Assembly (NCBI RefSeq): GCF_963676685.1 | Contig: NC_092353.1 | Location: 26,846,001 to 26,910,000 of the forward strand | From: Mytilus edulis | Lineage: Eukaryota | Direction of reading: 5' to 3' | DNA: 64,000 bases | Part shown: piece by piece, positions 51,563 to 64,000 of the stretch | Layout of the letters: each line of letters starts with the position of its first letter | Position numbering within the stretch: the first letter of the stretch is position 1 | Notes under the pieces: model-generated | Databases searched by the model: none | Seen by the model: the letters and a program-made list of their open reading frames with translations, nothing else | What the model was told of the DNA's origin: nothing | Translations under genes and position numbers: made by a program

Positions 51563-52148
51563 GAACAAGGAAGTCAAGTCATGCTGAAATAATATAATAA
51601 ATTGTTAACACCTTTTCGTTATTTTGATACTGCAAATGTTGAAATTAAAATAGCATTACTTTGATATGTAAGTAATGCAAATATTCAAAGTCAATGAACC
51701 ATGCAATATGACTAAAGGTACAGGGTTAAAACAATATCCATGGAAATGAGATGTGCCAATGCTAATACAACTGCATTCCAAATACCACTAAAATCTCAAA
51801 AGTTGTCCCCTATAAACAAACCTTAACACAAACAATGTAAACATTAACTTGTAAACTATAGCATTGGCCTACCATTAGTGGTTCCCCATAAACTGACCTA
51901 ACCACAAACTAATACATGTAAACTTAGCAAAGTTTCAAAGTAAATAGACCATGACCGAGGGGTCGGGGCAAAATACTCTCCATGGTAATGAGATATGCTA
52001 ATGATAATACAAGTGCAAACCTAATATCATTGGCCTTCCACCAGTGGTTAACCATTAACTAAACAAATACTTTGTTGACTCCACCACTGATGATGGAAAA
52101 CAGCATACCTTAGACTCGCTTTTTGACTCTGTCAAGGCAAGACAAAAA
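51563..52148. mobile_element. HINE/Helentron-like element with internal diverged repeats
   Basis: Starts AACAAG and ends in hairpin-like CTCGCTTTTTGACTCTGTCAAGGCAAGAC-AAAAA; internal repeats CCATGG(A/T)AATGAGAT at ~51738 and ~51979. Confidence 0.55.
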
Positions 52149-52488
52149 GCAATGGACATTAGTACAACTTAAGTTTAAATTGCTTGAATTAATAGGTTGG
52201 AGGATTCTTTGTCAGGAGGTGGCTATACTTGAGATCCTTTTTAATTTGATCAGTTCTCAGCTTTGAATTTTGAAGGATTATGTTTTGATTTTCAAATATA
52301 TCTGCCTCGAACATCACTGAAGAGACATTTAGTGTCGAAAGGACCATCTGGTGCAGTGATATGGTCTCTAGATACTACCAGTGGGTTAATAACTCTGCTG
52401 TTGGATTGTTAGTTTACAAGGTTATAACAACCTAAATAAACAGTCAGTGGTACTGACATGAAAATATGTAGATTGTTAGATTGAAATT

Positions 52489-52552
52489 TTATTGATTGAT
52501 TGATTGTTGGTTGCTTTACGCCGCATTAGCACAACAAGGCTATATCGCGGCG
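52489..52552 (-). mobile_element. 5'-truncated SINE/LINE tail with (CAAT)n end and 11-bp TSD
   Basis: AGATTGAAATT at 52478-52488 and 52553-52563. The minus strand ends ...GCGGCGTAAAGCAACCAACAATCAATCAATCAAT. Confidence 0.7.
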
Positions 52553-52706
52553 AGATTGAAATTCGATGTTATAACATTTTGGAAACCATTTTTAATTAAG
52601 AAATACATCTCCCTCATTCAAAGCTCTGGTTCCATTCTGAATTGGCCATCATATTGTCAAGTCATTTTGACTTGATCAGCTCCTTTCTATTTGGTTTTGC
52701 CTTTTC

Positions 52707-52872
52707 AATACACCTTATCGCTAATCCCGGCTGACCCAGCCACTTGAACTTTTGATGCACACAACAATCACTTTTCCATTGTGTCGTCAGATATTTCGTT
52801 TTATAACGTCAAAATTTTACGGGAACCTGTGTGATATCCAGTAAGGGTGGACAAATAGTGATAAGGTCTATT
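52707..52872. mobile_element. Small MITE with 17-bp imperfect TIRs
   Basis: AATACACCTTATCGCTA ... TAGTGATAAGGTCTATT. Confidence 0.6.
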
Positions 52873-53185
52873 ATTTCAACTTCGAGCCTCACTAAACACA
52901 TTAACTGTTACAATACACATCAGGTGCAGTAAAAATGGTACCGTTAATGACATTCATCTTCATACTTTTACAAGCCTATAGTCATTGTAAAATTAATTGT
53001 TTTGTTTAAAATTGTGGACAAAATTGCTCTTTCAAAATTTCAATTTGGGAGCCTCCATGGGGGAAATCCCCCGCAGTTAGTGAAAGTTGGCAGGTATGTA
53101 ATGTTGATAGTTATTATTGATATGATTTTGTGAGTGGAAAATAATATAACTGAATAATTGAATAAAAACAAATATTATGATAATT

Positions 53186-53191
53186 TTTATT
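53186..53191 (-). terminator. Candidate polyadenylation signal (AATAAA) for the uncharacterised gene
   Basis: AATAAA on minus ~1 kb after the stop, followed by a T/GT-rich tract. AATAAA is common in AT-rich DNA, so this is tentative. Confidence 0.35.
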
Positions 53192-54175
53192 GCCAATATG
53201 ACAGAATAAGGCAATTTTACTATAATGATCACAGATACAATACATAACAAAGGACATAGAAAATAGAGTTATCTCCCCTATACTATGCTATTTGATTTAG
53301 AGTAAGTCAGAGCAAGCTCCTTTTTAAATTGCATCATTCCTTTAAAAACACAGTTGAATATCATAATTTCATCTCATTTGTTAACAAATGCTGTGCAGGA
53401 ATTATAACTTTTGTAACAAAATTCAGGGACCATCAATAATTAACAATAACAGTCAATATATAATATCCTAGCTAAAAATTCATCTTTCTTTGGTAAATTT
53501 AATAACCTTTTAATTTTTGCTTTCAAATAAAAGAAAAAAGAAAGAGGAAGCAGTAAAACAGTTAAAAAACTTAAAGAGATTATATTACAAGCACATCTAA
53601 AAATGTATAAGTTATTCAAATTACATTAATATTTCAACAATTATGTGTAAATATAAAACTATTTAAAAAGAAAAATGAAATATTGTTATCAAAATAAATA
53701 TATATATATACTAATATATCAGCCACATTAAAAACAATATGCTACCTTTGATACGACATGTTAATAACTATGATAATAAATTTCCTTCGTATGGTCAGAT
53801 ATGTACATTTTAGTGTGTCATCTTTAGAAAAGAAGCCCTGAAGAGTTATACATTGTTTGTGTTTCTTTCTATCTATGAAGCTTTTCTACGTTAAGTTTTA
53901 GTGTTTTCATCTTTCCTGAATACAATATATTAGTGAAGAGTTAATAGAATTTACTAAATAGAAACTAATGCTGATTTGTATAAAAGCTTATTTACATCAG
54001 ATCTTTCTTTCCGAGTTACATGTTTATTTCGCATTACATTATTCTTTTCCGCCAAAAATCATAGGCACTATCTTCCATGTAAAACCATCGCAACAACAAC
54101 ACTATAACAAAGTAACAATAATATAGTTTAGTTTAGATTGATGAATTTGCAAATTTAAATTTGTTTATATTATGT

Positions 54176-54597
54176 CTATTTTCGTAACCATGGCATTCTG
54201 ACAATTTTATTGCTATCCGGCCATTCGTATCTAACTTGATACTCTGTATTAACAGCATCATATGTTTCCGTTCCAAGAGGACGTTGGTGGAGGTGGAAGT
54301 TTGGTGTTGGATTAATGTTAAATGCACTTGTCGGTATGTCCATCGGCGGTCGCTCAAACTTGGTGGAATACTCTGTTGGTCCTGGGAATCTTGTATTGAT
54401 TCCTGCTTGTTCCTGAACGGACATGCACTGCATACCTCTTGGATCTGTGGTAGTCATGGTCTGGTATGGACTTTCCCTGGGAAATTTATTTAAACTGTTT
54501 TCTGCTTTTGTCTCGTTTAATTTCCAACTAACCGCTGGACCACTGGACTGATGAAAGGTATTGCTGCGTGGGTAGATACTGTCAATTGTCTGGTAAC
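54176..54597 (-). CDS. Terminal exon of uncharacterised gene
   Basis: TTACAG acceptor; stop at 54178-54176; overlaps ORF 54176..54616. Confidence 0.88.
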
Positions 54598-57500
54598 CTG
54601 TAACACAAAAATACAAATTAGTTTATACCTATCAGACAAAGAAGAAAGTAAAAAAAAACACAAATACCCACCAAGGAAAATTAAAAACTGAAAGTCCCTA
54701 ATCAAATTGCAAAATCAAATGCTCAAACACATCAAACGAATGGATAACAGCTGTCATACACCTGACATGGTACAGGCATTTTCTTATGCAAAATATGGTG
54801 GATTAAACCTGGTTTAATAACTAGCTACATCTCTCACTTATATAACAGTCACTTCAAATTCCATCATATTGACAACAATGTGTGAACAAAACAAACAGAT
54901 ATAATAGGTAAAAATGTTGAAATAGAGGTAAAACAGTCAACATTGTGTTATAATCTTTATCAAAAAGGTAAATAGGCGTAGCACATTAGGACATTGTCCA
55001 AACTTGACTGTATAAAGATTTTAAATATTTTTTCTTTCTGCTTTACCCCCAAAACTAGGGTGCATGTCAGAACCATGAACCTTCAGTAGAAAAATGGCAT
55101 TCTTAGTCAATTTAGATTGAAGTCAAAAGCACCTGCAACATACAAGGTTAAAACTCACAATATCAGCGTTGATAGAATGGTATGAATTTGTTTGTATATA
55201 AGTTGTTTTTTATCAGTATAAAATAAAATGAAAGTTTAAGCCACTATTGGGTTTCTGGAGGTCAATATTAGGTAATGCCTAACCTGGCTTTTAAATTGGT
55301 CTATTTCAAAAGCCTTAATGTTAGGTAAAACAAATTTCTTCATAATAGTACATTAAAGACTATAAAGTCAGCTCAAAACAAATGTCCATAGTACACGGTC
55401 GGATGACCTGAAGTGGAACAGACGAACAAACAGACACACAGACTGAAAAACATAATGCTCCAAAGTGGGGCATATAAATTTTGATTTTGCACATTTTTCA
55501 AACCTAACAGCTTTAGGTTACCTTAGACTCTACCTATGATAATAAAATTTTATGTAACCAAAAGGTGCCAAGTTTATAATTGAATCACAAAAAAATATAA
55601 TCTAAAAGTGAGGTTACAGCTCAAGTAGTGCATAATTTAGGGGTCTTAACTTACTTATTTATAATGGGACATTCTTAAAAGAAGTTATTTTGTATGAATA
55701 TTAATATCACAACTTTTTTTTATATGAAATGCGTAGTATTTTGGTCATTTACAAGACATTTAAATCTTCCAGACAATCTTAGTCTTTAATGAACCTACTC
55801 CTTTGGTATAACCTCAATGTCCTTGGTCCAAAAGGAAAAAATCCCTGTTTTATTGTATAATGAGTCACTGTGTAAAATTGTAAATCCTTAAATGATTATT
55901 TAGACAGAATACAAGACTGTTATAAAGATTTTTGAAAAACACAATTCTGCGGTATTTGTCAAAATTTTATTAAGTTTTCAAAATGGCACAGAAGAATTTC
56001 ATTTTCAAATGTCATATAGTACTTTATAAAGCATTGATTATATCCATTTAACTACAAATAAAATTGCAACCATGAACAAGGAATGTGTATCCTGAATAAC
56101 TCTCAAGGTAAAAATCGGCATGTCACTAAATAGCAAATGAAAATTTGAGACCACACATACAAAATTATCAAAACTTCATTTACCGGGAAAACTTTCATTT
56201 ATCTGAAAACCTAAGTTACCTTTTGTTTAAATTATTTCTTTTAAATCCTAGCTGTTAACAACAATTTCTGATGATTTATGTAATATAAAGAAGTTTAAAC
56301 TCATGAAGAAACATTACACTGTACCTTGTAGATATGGTCGATCGTTGTTGTAGTTCTCCTACCTAGCTACCACATTAAAGATTAATAATCAGGGTATAAA
56401 AATCTATATCATTACAACTCTTTTGTTCTCTTATTTAATCTATTTTTAGTTGTATTGAACCTGTTCAATTTGAACAATGTACATTTAAATGTTCGAATAT
56501 TTATTGGAGAATTAAATATCAAATTATGCTATGCTGCATTTTCACCTTAGTGAGGACAATTACGGCATTAGTTTATTAAGTTTTTGTTATAATACCTTTC
56601 ATCAACAAATATAAAATACTATACAACATAGTAAATTTAAAAACTTCAAATAGATAAATGCTGACAATCTAAGCTCTGTGTAAAAAAAAGGAAAATAGGA
56701 TTGAATAATAATGTATACTTTTTTATAGCAAATTATAGAAAACTAAGAAAACTCAGTAAGTATGTTGTTCCCATAAGTTAAGCAATTAAAATACAATTTG
56801 ACACATGTACCGACTAATAACAGGATAACAGGGATATAAAGTAAAGTTTAACGCATATGAGTTCAAAAGAAAGACAAGTAACTATTTGTAACTATTGACT
56901 AAAGATAAATAAAAATCAATAAATGATTTATATAGTTTTTCGTTCTTTAATGGTTACACATCCATATGTAAACTTTTTAGTTTACCACATTGTAAATTTT
57001 AAACTTTAAAGATTAGTGAGTAAGAACAAATCTAAAAGACTGTTGAATTGTTAATCAAATTAAGAATAGCCTTAATCACTCTCTTAAAATAAGGTCCATA
57101 CTAATTAAAGGCTATATTAACAACACAAAGATAAAAAAGATACCTTGAGGTCACCAAAAGACAGTAGACAGGTGTTTGAATAATATATTAACTTCTAAAT
57201 TGTCTAAATTCTTGAAGAAGAGGACAAAGGTTTTTTGGGTGCAACATGTTTGCAATTTTGATTTCATGTATTGGCTTGTATGTGTTCCATTCACATTGGT
57301 GAGAAAGCATTGTGCAAGATAAATTCTTATATTTTCAATCAGGAAATTGCCTTTTCATTTCCTATCCTTCCAAGCAAATACCCCAAACCCCCACCCTTTA
57401 CAACCCTCTCAGAAAAGTTGTGGATAAATCCAAAAGGGACTATCAAAGATCTGCTATCAACACATAGTTTTATTTTTACTGAAACCAAGAAAATAATCTA

Positions 57501-60500
57501 AAAACAAGGAGTGGCTATATGGTAGATGATAAACTGCTTACTAGCAGCAGAGCAAATATTTAATCATTCCTATCAATTGGAGCCGAAAAAACATTTATTA
57601 TAATAAGCAAAATGTTCCTTGTACAAGGAGTGTTGTAAAATTTCAAACTACAGGAAGTTGTGGAATCACAGGTGTAAAAATTTGTTAATCCCTATATTCT
57701 GAAGCTACAAATCAAAAATTAAATCATTCTGTTTGATTGAAGCCAAGTTAACTTTGACATGAGAATTCTTCAAACGAATGGATGGATAGAGTTGGGGAGT
57801 TACCAGACCTGTTTTCACCCTTCAATGACCAAATTAAAACTCTCATTAAGAAATATATGTCATAAGTAATTTAAAAATATCTCCCTTTTAATCTTAATAT
57901 TTTGTGAATGAACTCTCCAGCAGTTCTTAAGTAACAAATCACAATTATTATATGTATTTTAAAAGTGTATATATAAAACATTTCTAACTAATTATTACTG
58001 AATTCTCATACCAAGTTCTATTCATGTCATTTGGTTTAGTAGTTAATTCTCATATTTTGTCCATTAATGCAAAATCAAAGACTTTATTCCATAACTAATT
58101 ACCCAGTCCTTTACATGGTTGTTTATTAGGATAATTTATCACTTATAAGTTATTTTAAGCAACAGACCAAAGTAACTAAAATGAATTCTGACAATTTTAT
58201 GGCACATTTAATTCTTCCTTACAAATGGAATCTACAAGAAATTTCAACAAAAAAACCAAGATTTGAAGTACTTCATTAAATGAACAACTATTTGTAGCTA
58301 CTAGATCCTTGACTATCTAACCTTAAAAATGATAAGCTTCCTCCCTTTAATTTTTATTCTTATTTAGCTATCATCATTTCAATTACCACTGCAACTTTTA
58401 GTGTCAGTGTCTTCGAATTCAGACCCAACAAGAATGTGTCCCCAGGACATGGATGCACCTTTCTATGTTCAGTGGACCATGAAAATGGGGTAAAAACTCT
58501 GTGTACTAAGTTTAAAGTTGATTGGACTCAATTCAACTTCATAAAAAGCTACCTTGACCAAAAACTTTAACCTGAAGTGGGACAGACAGACAAACAGATG
58601 GACTGTCAGATGGACAAACGGATGCACAGACCAGAAAACATAATGCTTCTCTACTATTGTAGGTGGGGAATAAAAATCAATAGACTTCTTCAACTAATCT
58701 TTGTCTTCCATCTGTATAAGTTTCATTCTTTTAAAGTGGGAACATCAAGTAACCATCTTGAAACATTTCCATTTTTGACAAACAGATAGACAGACAGAAG
58801 GAAGAATGGACAATGCAATTGCTGTAATACACTCCTCAAATATTTGTTTTGGGTATAAGCTATAAATATGGTAATATATTTAATTAAGGCCAATAACTCC
58901 AATCTCAATCTTCATAATACATTAAACTGTCAATTCTGACTACTACTTAACCCTTTCTGTATGCCCAAGAAAGGGTAACTTTATCAGATAAACAAAACAA
59001 AAAACTTTATATAAAAACTTTCAGTGGTTGCCGTTTGTTTATGTGTTACATATTTGTTTTTGTTCATTTTTTTATATAAATAAGGCTGTTAGTTTTCTCG
59101 TTTGAATTATTTTACATTGTCTTATTGGGGCCTTTTATAGCTGACTATGTGGTATGGGCTTTGCTCATTGTTAAAGGCCGTACGGTGACCTATAGTTGTT
59201 AATGTCTGTGTCATTTTGGTCTCTTGTGGACAGTTGTCTCATTGGCAATCATACCACATCTTTTTTTTTATATATTTATAAGTAAGAAAGGTATTAATAC
59301 AAGAAAAAATGGAAAGAAAAAGGGAATACCCATCTGCTTTTTGTTCATCTGGCCAGCACCCATAAGGCTTTTATGGCAGTACCAGGGAAATGATCCCTGT
59401 CAGCACAGCTCCAGTCCATCATTTTGGCTCTCTTTGACAATAAGAAATATTCTGATAATATGCCTTTGAGTCTCACTCTTGTAAACTGAAGAGATTGCAT
59501 CCACTTATATATACTTGCAGAAATATATCAAAATAAAAAAAGGGAAATGTATGATTGCCAATAAGAAAACTTTTCATCAGATACCAAATAGATATAGGAA
59601 AATGTGGTGTGAGTGCCAATGAGACAACTCTCCATCCAAATAACAACTTAAAAAAGTAAACCATTATAGGTCAATGTACAACCTGCAACACAGAGCCTTG
59701 GCTCATAGTATGTTAACATGTTCACGGCCTTAACTGTGTGCAATATTTGCATAACAACAAGCTATAAAGGGCCCCAAAATTACTAGTGTAAAACCATTTA
59801 AACGGGAAAACCAACGGTCAAAGCATGAGTTTGGCCTGGAGAAAAATCTTACCATATTGTAAGATGAAAGGCTCCAGCTTATCACTTGAATCGAGTATTT
59901 AAAACCTAGAGAGCCTATGACTGAATAATGGTAGACATAGTGTAAAATAATACCTCTGTAATCAAATTTTGGTTGTGCATTAAATCCATACTGTATTTTA
60001 CTTCCTAGTAATGATGGCGCTGTCTTTGGTCTCATCATTGCTGACTGTCTTTCTCTATCTTCTGTAATGTCAAAATTTAATAAGTTAGTCATGGCATTGA
60101 TGCTGTATTAATTATTTCCATTATAAATGGTCCTAAATCAGAAATCATGAAGTCTACAACTATGTAGATCATTGAATATATTCATTCATATCTAACTCAA
60201 AAAGAAAACCCTGTTTGATGATAAAAACCAAATATGATTTTTTTCAGGAAAGTCATTTTCCTATTTAATTTTATATTACTCACACTGAAAATTAACCATG
60301 AAAAATGTACAAAGTATCTTTCCCTCTAAATCAACTTAAAAAAAAGATTGTTTAGTTTGAGCATGGTTGAGGAATACACATCTTAAAACAAATTAAACAT
60401 CTATGAAAGAAATTACCATGAAATTTCCTAGCAGCATTTAGAGCACCCATGTATCCAGTATTGCAATTCTTATCCGCCCATGCTGTTCTCATTTGGAATG

Positions 60501-63500
60501 GTTCCCGTGATCCTCGAGAGAGATTGTTACGGTAGCCAGTGTAGCTGTCAGTGACACCTATGTGATCCCCAAACTGACGAATTCTATCTGCAGCCTTGTA
60601 AGTGTGGGGATCAAGATCCTAAAAAGATAACGAGAAAATGAGGGTCAAGTGTAATACTCATATAGTTTATCAGTTTCATAGATACAATCATAATAGTTAA
60701 CTAATATTCAATTCATATTTTGACACTGAAAGCTGTGCAATTGCTATGATTCAGATATGAAAAGGGATTTTTAAGTGTTGATCAGCTTATTTCCCTGACA
60801 GATTTACTGATGAAAAATATATGCAGTTTTGATAGTTGAGTTTTATTATTTTTTGTATTTTTTCCCATTTAAATGACAAATTGGAAATATAATTGACTTT
60901 TTTATGAACCTTAATAGTTTTACTAATTTTATTATACAAATTCAGTTTACAAAAATAATTTCATTTGAACTTTAACAATGTGTCCCCATAAGTTTTTTAA
61001 AAACACTTCATTTACATGTAGAAGCTCATCTCATGTACATTTGTACACTGTGTAACTGAAAACTTAGTTCTATTTAGACAGAGTCACTCAATGCAAGTAA
61101 AAATACTCAAGAATATTTAATGTTCTGGTGTGCTCTATATAACAAAAGCCAGGTAATTCATCAAGATAGGCTACAATGTACATGTATCACATCAATGTAT
61201 TGCAGTAATTCAACCATCTTAAAACAAGGAACTATTTGAAACTGGAATCATATTTAATTCTGGAAATTTGAAAAGAAATGGATGATGAAAACTAAAAACC
61301 CAACATTAGAGGGTTAGATATGCATGCATTGCTGATGTTCAAGTTACTTTCACTGAAATTTCAGTAAGAACTAACTTCCATAATTGGGTTATCAGGGGCG
61401 GATGCAGGAATTTTCGAAAGGGGGGTGCTAACCCAGGGCAAAGGGGGGGGGGGGGGGTGCAGGGGGGTGCAAAACATATGTCCCGATACAAATGCATTGA
61501 TCGGCAAAAATAAAGGGGGGGGTGCGCACCCCCGGAACCCCCCCCCTGGATCCGCCACTGGTTATTTTCATCATACATTTCTTATTAATCATGTATATTC
61601 CAGATTTAAATAATTGCTTGTTTTACAGCATGCATACATGTACAACATCGTAAAACATACAAATAAAGAGATAATTTGTAATTTTTGAAACATTGAAGTA
61701 ACATTTCCCTTTACAGTGATGAAACAAATGTGCAAAAAAAATCTTATACTAAGGGGGATAGCAGTAATCATAAATCTGATACTTCATACCTGCAGGGGCT
61801 CAAATTTGCTTTAAGGAATGTAAAGTCCATGAAGATTTGAATTGTTGAATGAAAAGTCCAAGATCCTGTATCAAGACCTGGACTTTTAAGATTTATTGAA
61901 GGTTTCTTTGTTTTCTCAATTACTATATAGATAAACCATTGGAATGGTAATTTACACTAGTCCTTTTTTAGGCCTTTTATAGCTTACTGTTCTAAGTGAG
62001 TTAAGGCTCCTTGTTGAAGACTGTACTTTGACCTATAATGGTTTTTCTTTTACAAGTTCAGACATGGATGGAGAGTTGTCTTATTGGCATGCATACCCCA
62101 TCTTCTTATATCTTAAGACAGGCTACAAAACTTCAGCCTGAATTTGAACCTTTGTCATGGGACCAATAGATGAATTAATTCATGTATATAAATCCCAGTG
62201 TATATCAATGCTGTCACTTCATTTAAATGAATTCTTTTTTCATACAAATGAATATATATTGAAACATACATCTATCTCAACCGTCAAAAAATAATGACAA
62301 AAAAACCAAGTGCTGTAAACATTTTGTAAACACAGTTGGTTAGCAAAGACAATAAAATCCATTCTGCATCTTAGTTTTAAAACAACAAACACTCAAAAAC
62401 CATCCTATTTAGCCACAAAATTTGTGAATAAAGAAAATGCAAAGAAAATGTCATGTAAGACACATATATAACACCACAAGTAGAAAAAACAATATAAATA
62501 CAAACCTTTCTTTTGAATAACATGACTTATTTTGTAATCCTAAAACAATGTCTTTGGTTTATTATTTCCCTTTGAATGAAATTTGAGTTACAACAGTCCT
62601 TAGTTCTTGATGCTCTGATACACTTTTTTAGATAAATCTATACATGTCTAAGGATCCGTATTTTTCTGTTATTTACTTTAATTTGTAAAGTTACAGAGGA
62701 AGTCATTCAAAATAACAGAAGCTTAAAAAGAAAGCTTTTCTGTTTTATTCTTCTCTAATACTGAACTGGTTTTAAAATATCTATATTGCTACTGTCAAGC
62801 ATTATTTTTTCAGTTTTAAAAATGTAAAAAAATCTGGTTTTGTGATTGACAACAAAAGGTCAATGCATTGTTTTTTGTTTTGTTCTTTACAAATCAATGA
62901 ACTTAACATTATCAATATTTCAATCTATGAAGACATAGATCAGTTACAAGTTTAGATTTCAAAGTAGGACAATATGTAACTAATTGTTTAAAGAATTTTG
63001 ATATAAAATATCAATGAAGATAATTAGAATGCAAGATTAGATTATTTTTTTGATAATGGGAGATAACTCAAAACAATTTATAAGGTAATGATTATTTTTC
63101 TACAGCAGTTGGTTAAAATTTCTGACCAGTTGAACAGTTTGGTTAATAAAACAAATTGCAATTGGTTTAGAATTTTAGATGAAATGAAATAGGTGGAGAG
63201 CAAGACTAAATGCAGTCAAGTTACGGTAACTAAAGAAGCAACCATTTACAGGTACAAAATAATTCCTTCAAGGCCAAATAATTGGATATTATCCCACACA
63301 AATAATATAGTCTGTTCTTCAATCTTCTAAGAACACCATTTTCATAAAATTAAACTTTTTTCCTTTAACGTTAAAAGGTTGCTTCAAAAGGTATGTTTTG
63401 TTTAAAAAAATATGAGCAATTTCTTTACATTTCTTCATCAAAATTTATGAACTCTAACTGCAACATGTGAAAAAAATAAAAATAATTAACCAATGAAAAA

Positions 63501-63624
63501 TATTGTATGTGCGATTTTGTCTTGCATTATGAAATGTTTTAATTTACAGCACTCTCTTAACAACAACACTAATTAGTGTGTGTTACAAAATCAATGTGTT
63601 ACAAGCATTGCAATAAATTACCAT
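54176..63624 (-). CDS. Uncharacterised ~272-aa protein, candidate ciliary/sperm microtubule-inner (Mn-motif/SAXO-like) protein
   Basis: Exons (minus) 63624-63622 (ATG only, tentative), 60618-60417, 60061-59954, 56362-56325, 55844-55799, 54597-54176 total 819 nt in frame: MDLDPHTYKAADRIRQFG...RPKTAP...TTIDHIYK...QTIDSIYPR...TEYSTKF...TEYQVRYEWP...PWLRK. The large exons are solid; the micro-exons and start are tentative. Confidence 0.7.
55799..55844 (-). CDS. Micro-exon of uncharacterised gene (GFFPFGPRTLRLYQR)
   Basis: CAG acceptor, GTAGGT donor; 46 nt; restores phase into the last exon. Confidence 0.55.
56325..56362 (-). CDS. Micro-exon of uncharacterised gene (GRRTTTTIDHIYK)
   Basis: TAG acceptor, GTACAG donor; phase fits; the peptide resembles the downstream QTIDSIY. 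Confidence 0.55.
58427..58677. mobile_element. Short HINE-like element with (GACA/GATG)n tract
   Basis: Starts AACAAGAATGTGTCCC and ends GAAAACATAATGC...GGGGAATAAAAA; related copy at ~55375-55477. Confidence 0.6.
59030..59820. repeat. Copies of the abundant interspersed repeat (...GTTGTCTCATTGGCAATCATACCACATCTT) in both orientations
   Basis: Related copies at 1-28, ~7077-7262, ~22640-22750, ~23430-23640, ~36300-36570 and ~61930-62110. Confidence 0.75.
59954..60061 (-). CDS. Exon of uncharacterised gene (EDRERQSAMMRPKTAP...FDYR)
   Basis: Branch-like TGACTAAC upstream, TTACAG acceptor, GTATTA donor; 108 nt; inside ORF 59730..60092. Confidence 0.82.
60417..60618 (-). CDS. Exon of uncharacterised gene (DLDPHTYK...AARKFH)
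   Basis: TTTTTAG acceptor, GTAATT donor; 202 nt open frame, GC-richer than the flanks. Confidence 0.82.
61393..61560. mobile_element. GC-rich MITE, CAG...CTG termini, 5-bp TSD GTTAT (hAT-like)
   Basis: CAGGGGCGGATGCAGG / CCTGGATCCGCCACTG; GTTAT at 61388-61392 and 61561-61565. Confidence 0.8.
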
Positions 63625-64000
63625 CACAATCCAAAGACAGATAGGTGCTGAAAAAGAAGTTTAATAATCTAGGGTTTTTAATTCAACATAATACTGGTTT
63701 GATTTATGACTGTAAAAGTCAATGAACTTGTGATATTCTATTATACATGTATAAATACTTTTATGGCATATATACAATAGCGCAGCAAGTACCTGTACAC
63801 AATGAAAGGTTACAAGAAGCAAATCAAATAAGAATCCTTTCTGTTTACATTCCAAATAATATTTACAAAAATAGGAATATACATCTGCAATTGGATCTAA
63901 GACATTTTCTTTTTTTTTTAACTTCATAAATTTTTAATAATAAAATAAAGATCTTATTTTAACAAACATGACAAAGGTAATAGTAACAGTAACTTTTGCA

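Noticed and set aside
53088-53098. U1 snRNA-like 5' end (CATACCTGCCA on minus)
   Set aside because: Similarity is limited to a few bases with no U1 body or Sm site; it belongs to a repeat also found at ~26543-26553.
59330-59485. Extra exon of the uncharacterised gene (GC-richer stretch with a GT donor)
   Set aside because: I found no acceptor giving an open, phase-compatible frame, and the model closes without it.
61339-61613. Three overlapping Pro/Gly-rich ORFs
   Set aside because: Artefacts of the G/C runs in the MITE.
61790-61865. First coding exon candidate (MDFTFLKANLSPC|GTATG)
   Set aside because: Phase 2 leads to a stop in the next exon, and the donor coincides with a probable MITE end (CAGGGGCTCAAATT, with an inverted partner near 62140-62153).

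Overview
AT-rich, intron-rich eukaryotic (animal) DNA. The repeat families resemble those I associate with mytilid bivalves (inference, not verified). I assembled three spliced protein-coding genes by hand from GT-AG boundaries and exon phases, all on the minus strand. (1) An SLC22-family MFS transporter: 8 coding exons at 22247..4128, with the 3' end apparently left of the window. (2) A complete 13-exon, ~602-aa LRRC74-like leucine-rich-repeat gene at 48295..30301. (3) An uncharacterised ~272-aa gene at 63624..54176 with RPKTAP and TEY-x3-F/Y motifs, suggesting a ciliary microtubule-inner/SAXO-type protein. Introns and spacers are full of nested mobile DNA: decayed Penelope-like retroelements; a 2.67-kb CAC...GTG element with ~105-bp TIRs and a 5-bp TSD (Transib/RAG-like signature); a 707-bp element with a 10-bp TSD carrying a RecQ helicase fragment (AcademH signature); Kolobok-, Harbinger- and hAT-like MITEs; Helentron/HINE-like elements; a ~355-bp tandem array; and several palindromes and local duplications. 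Most ORF-track entries are spurious or are single exons read through into introns. I saw no rRNA, tRNA or CRISPR array.
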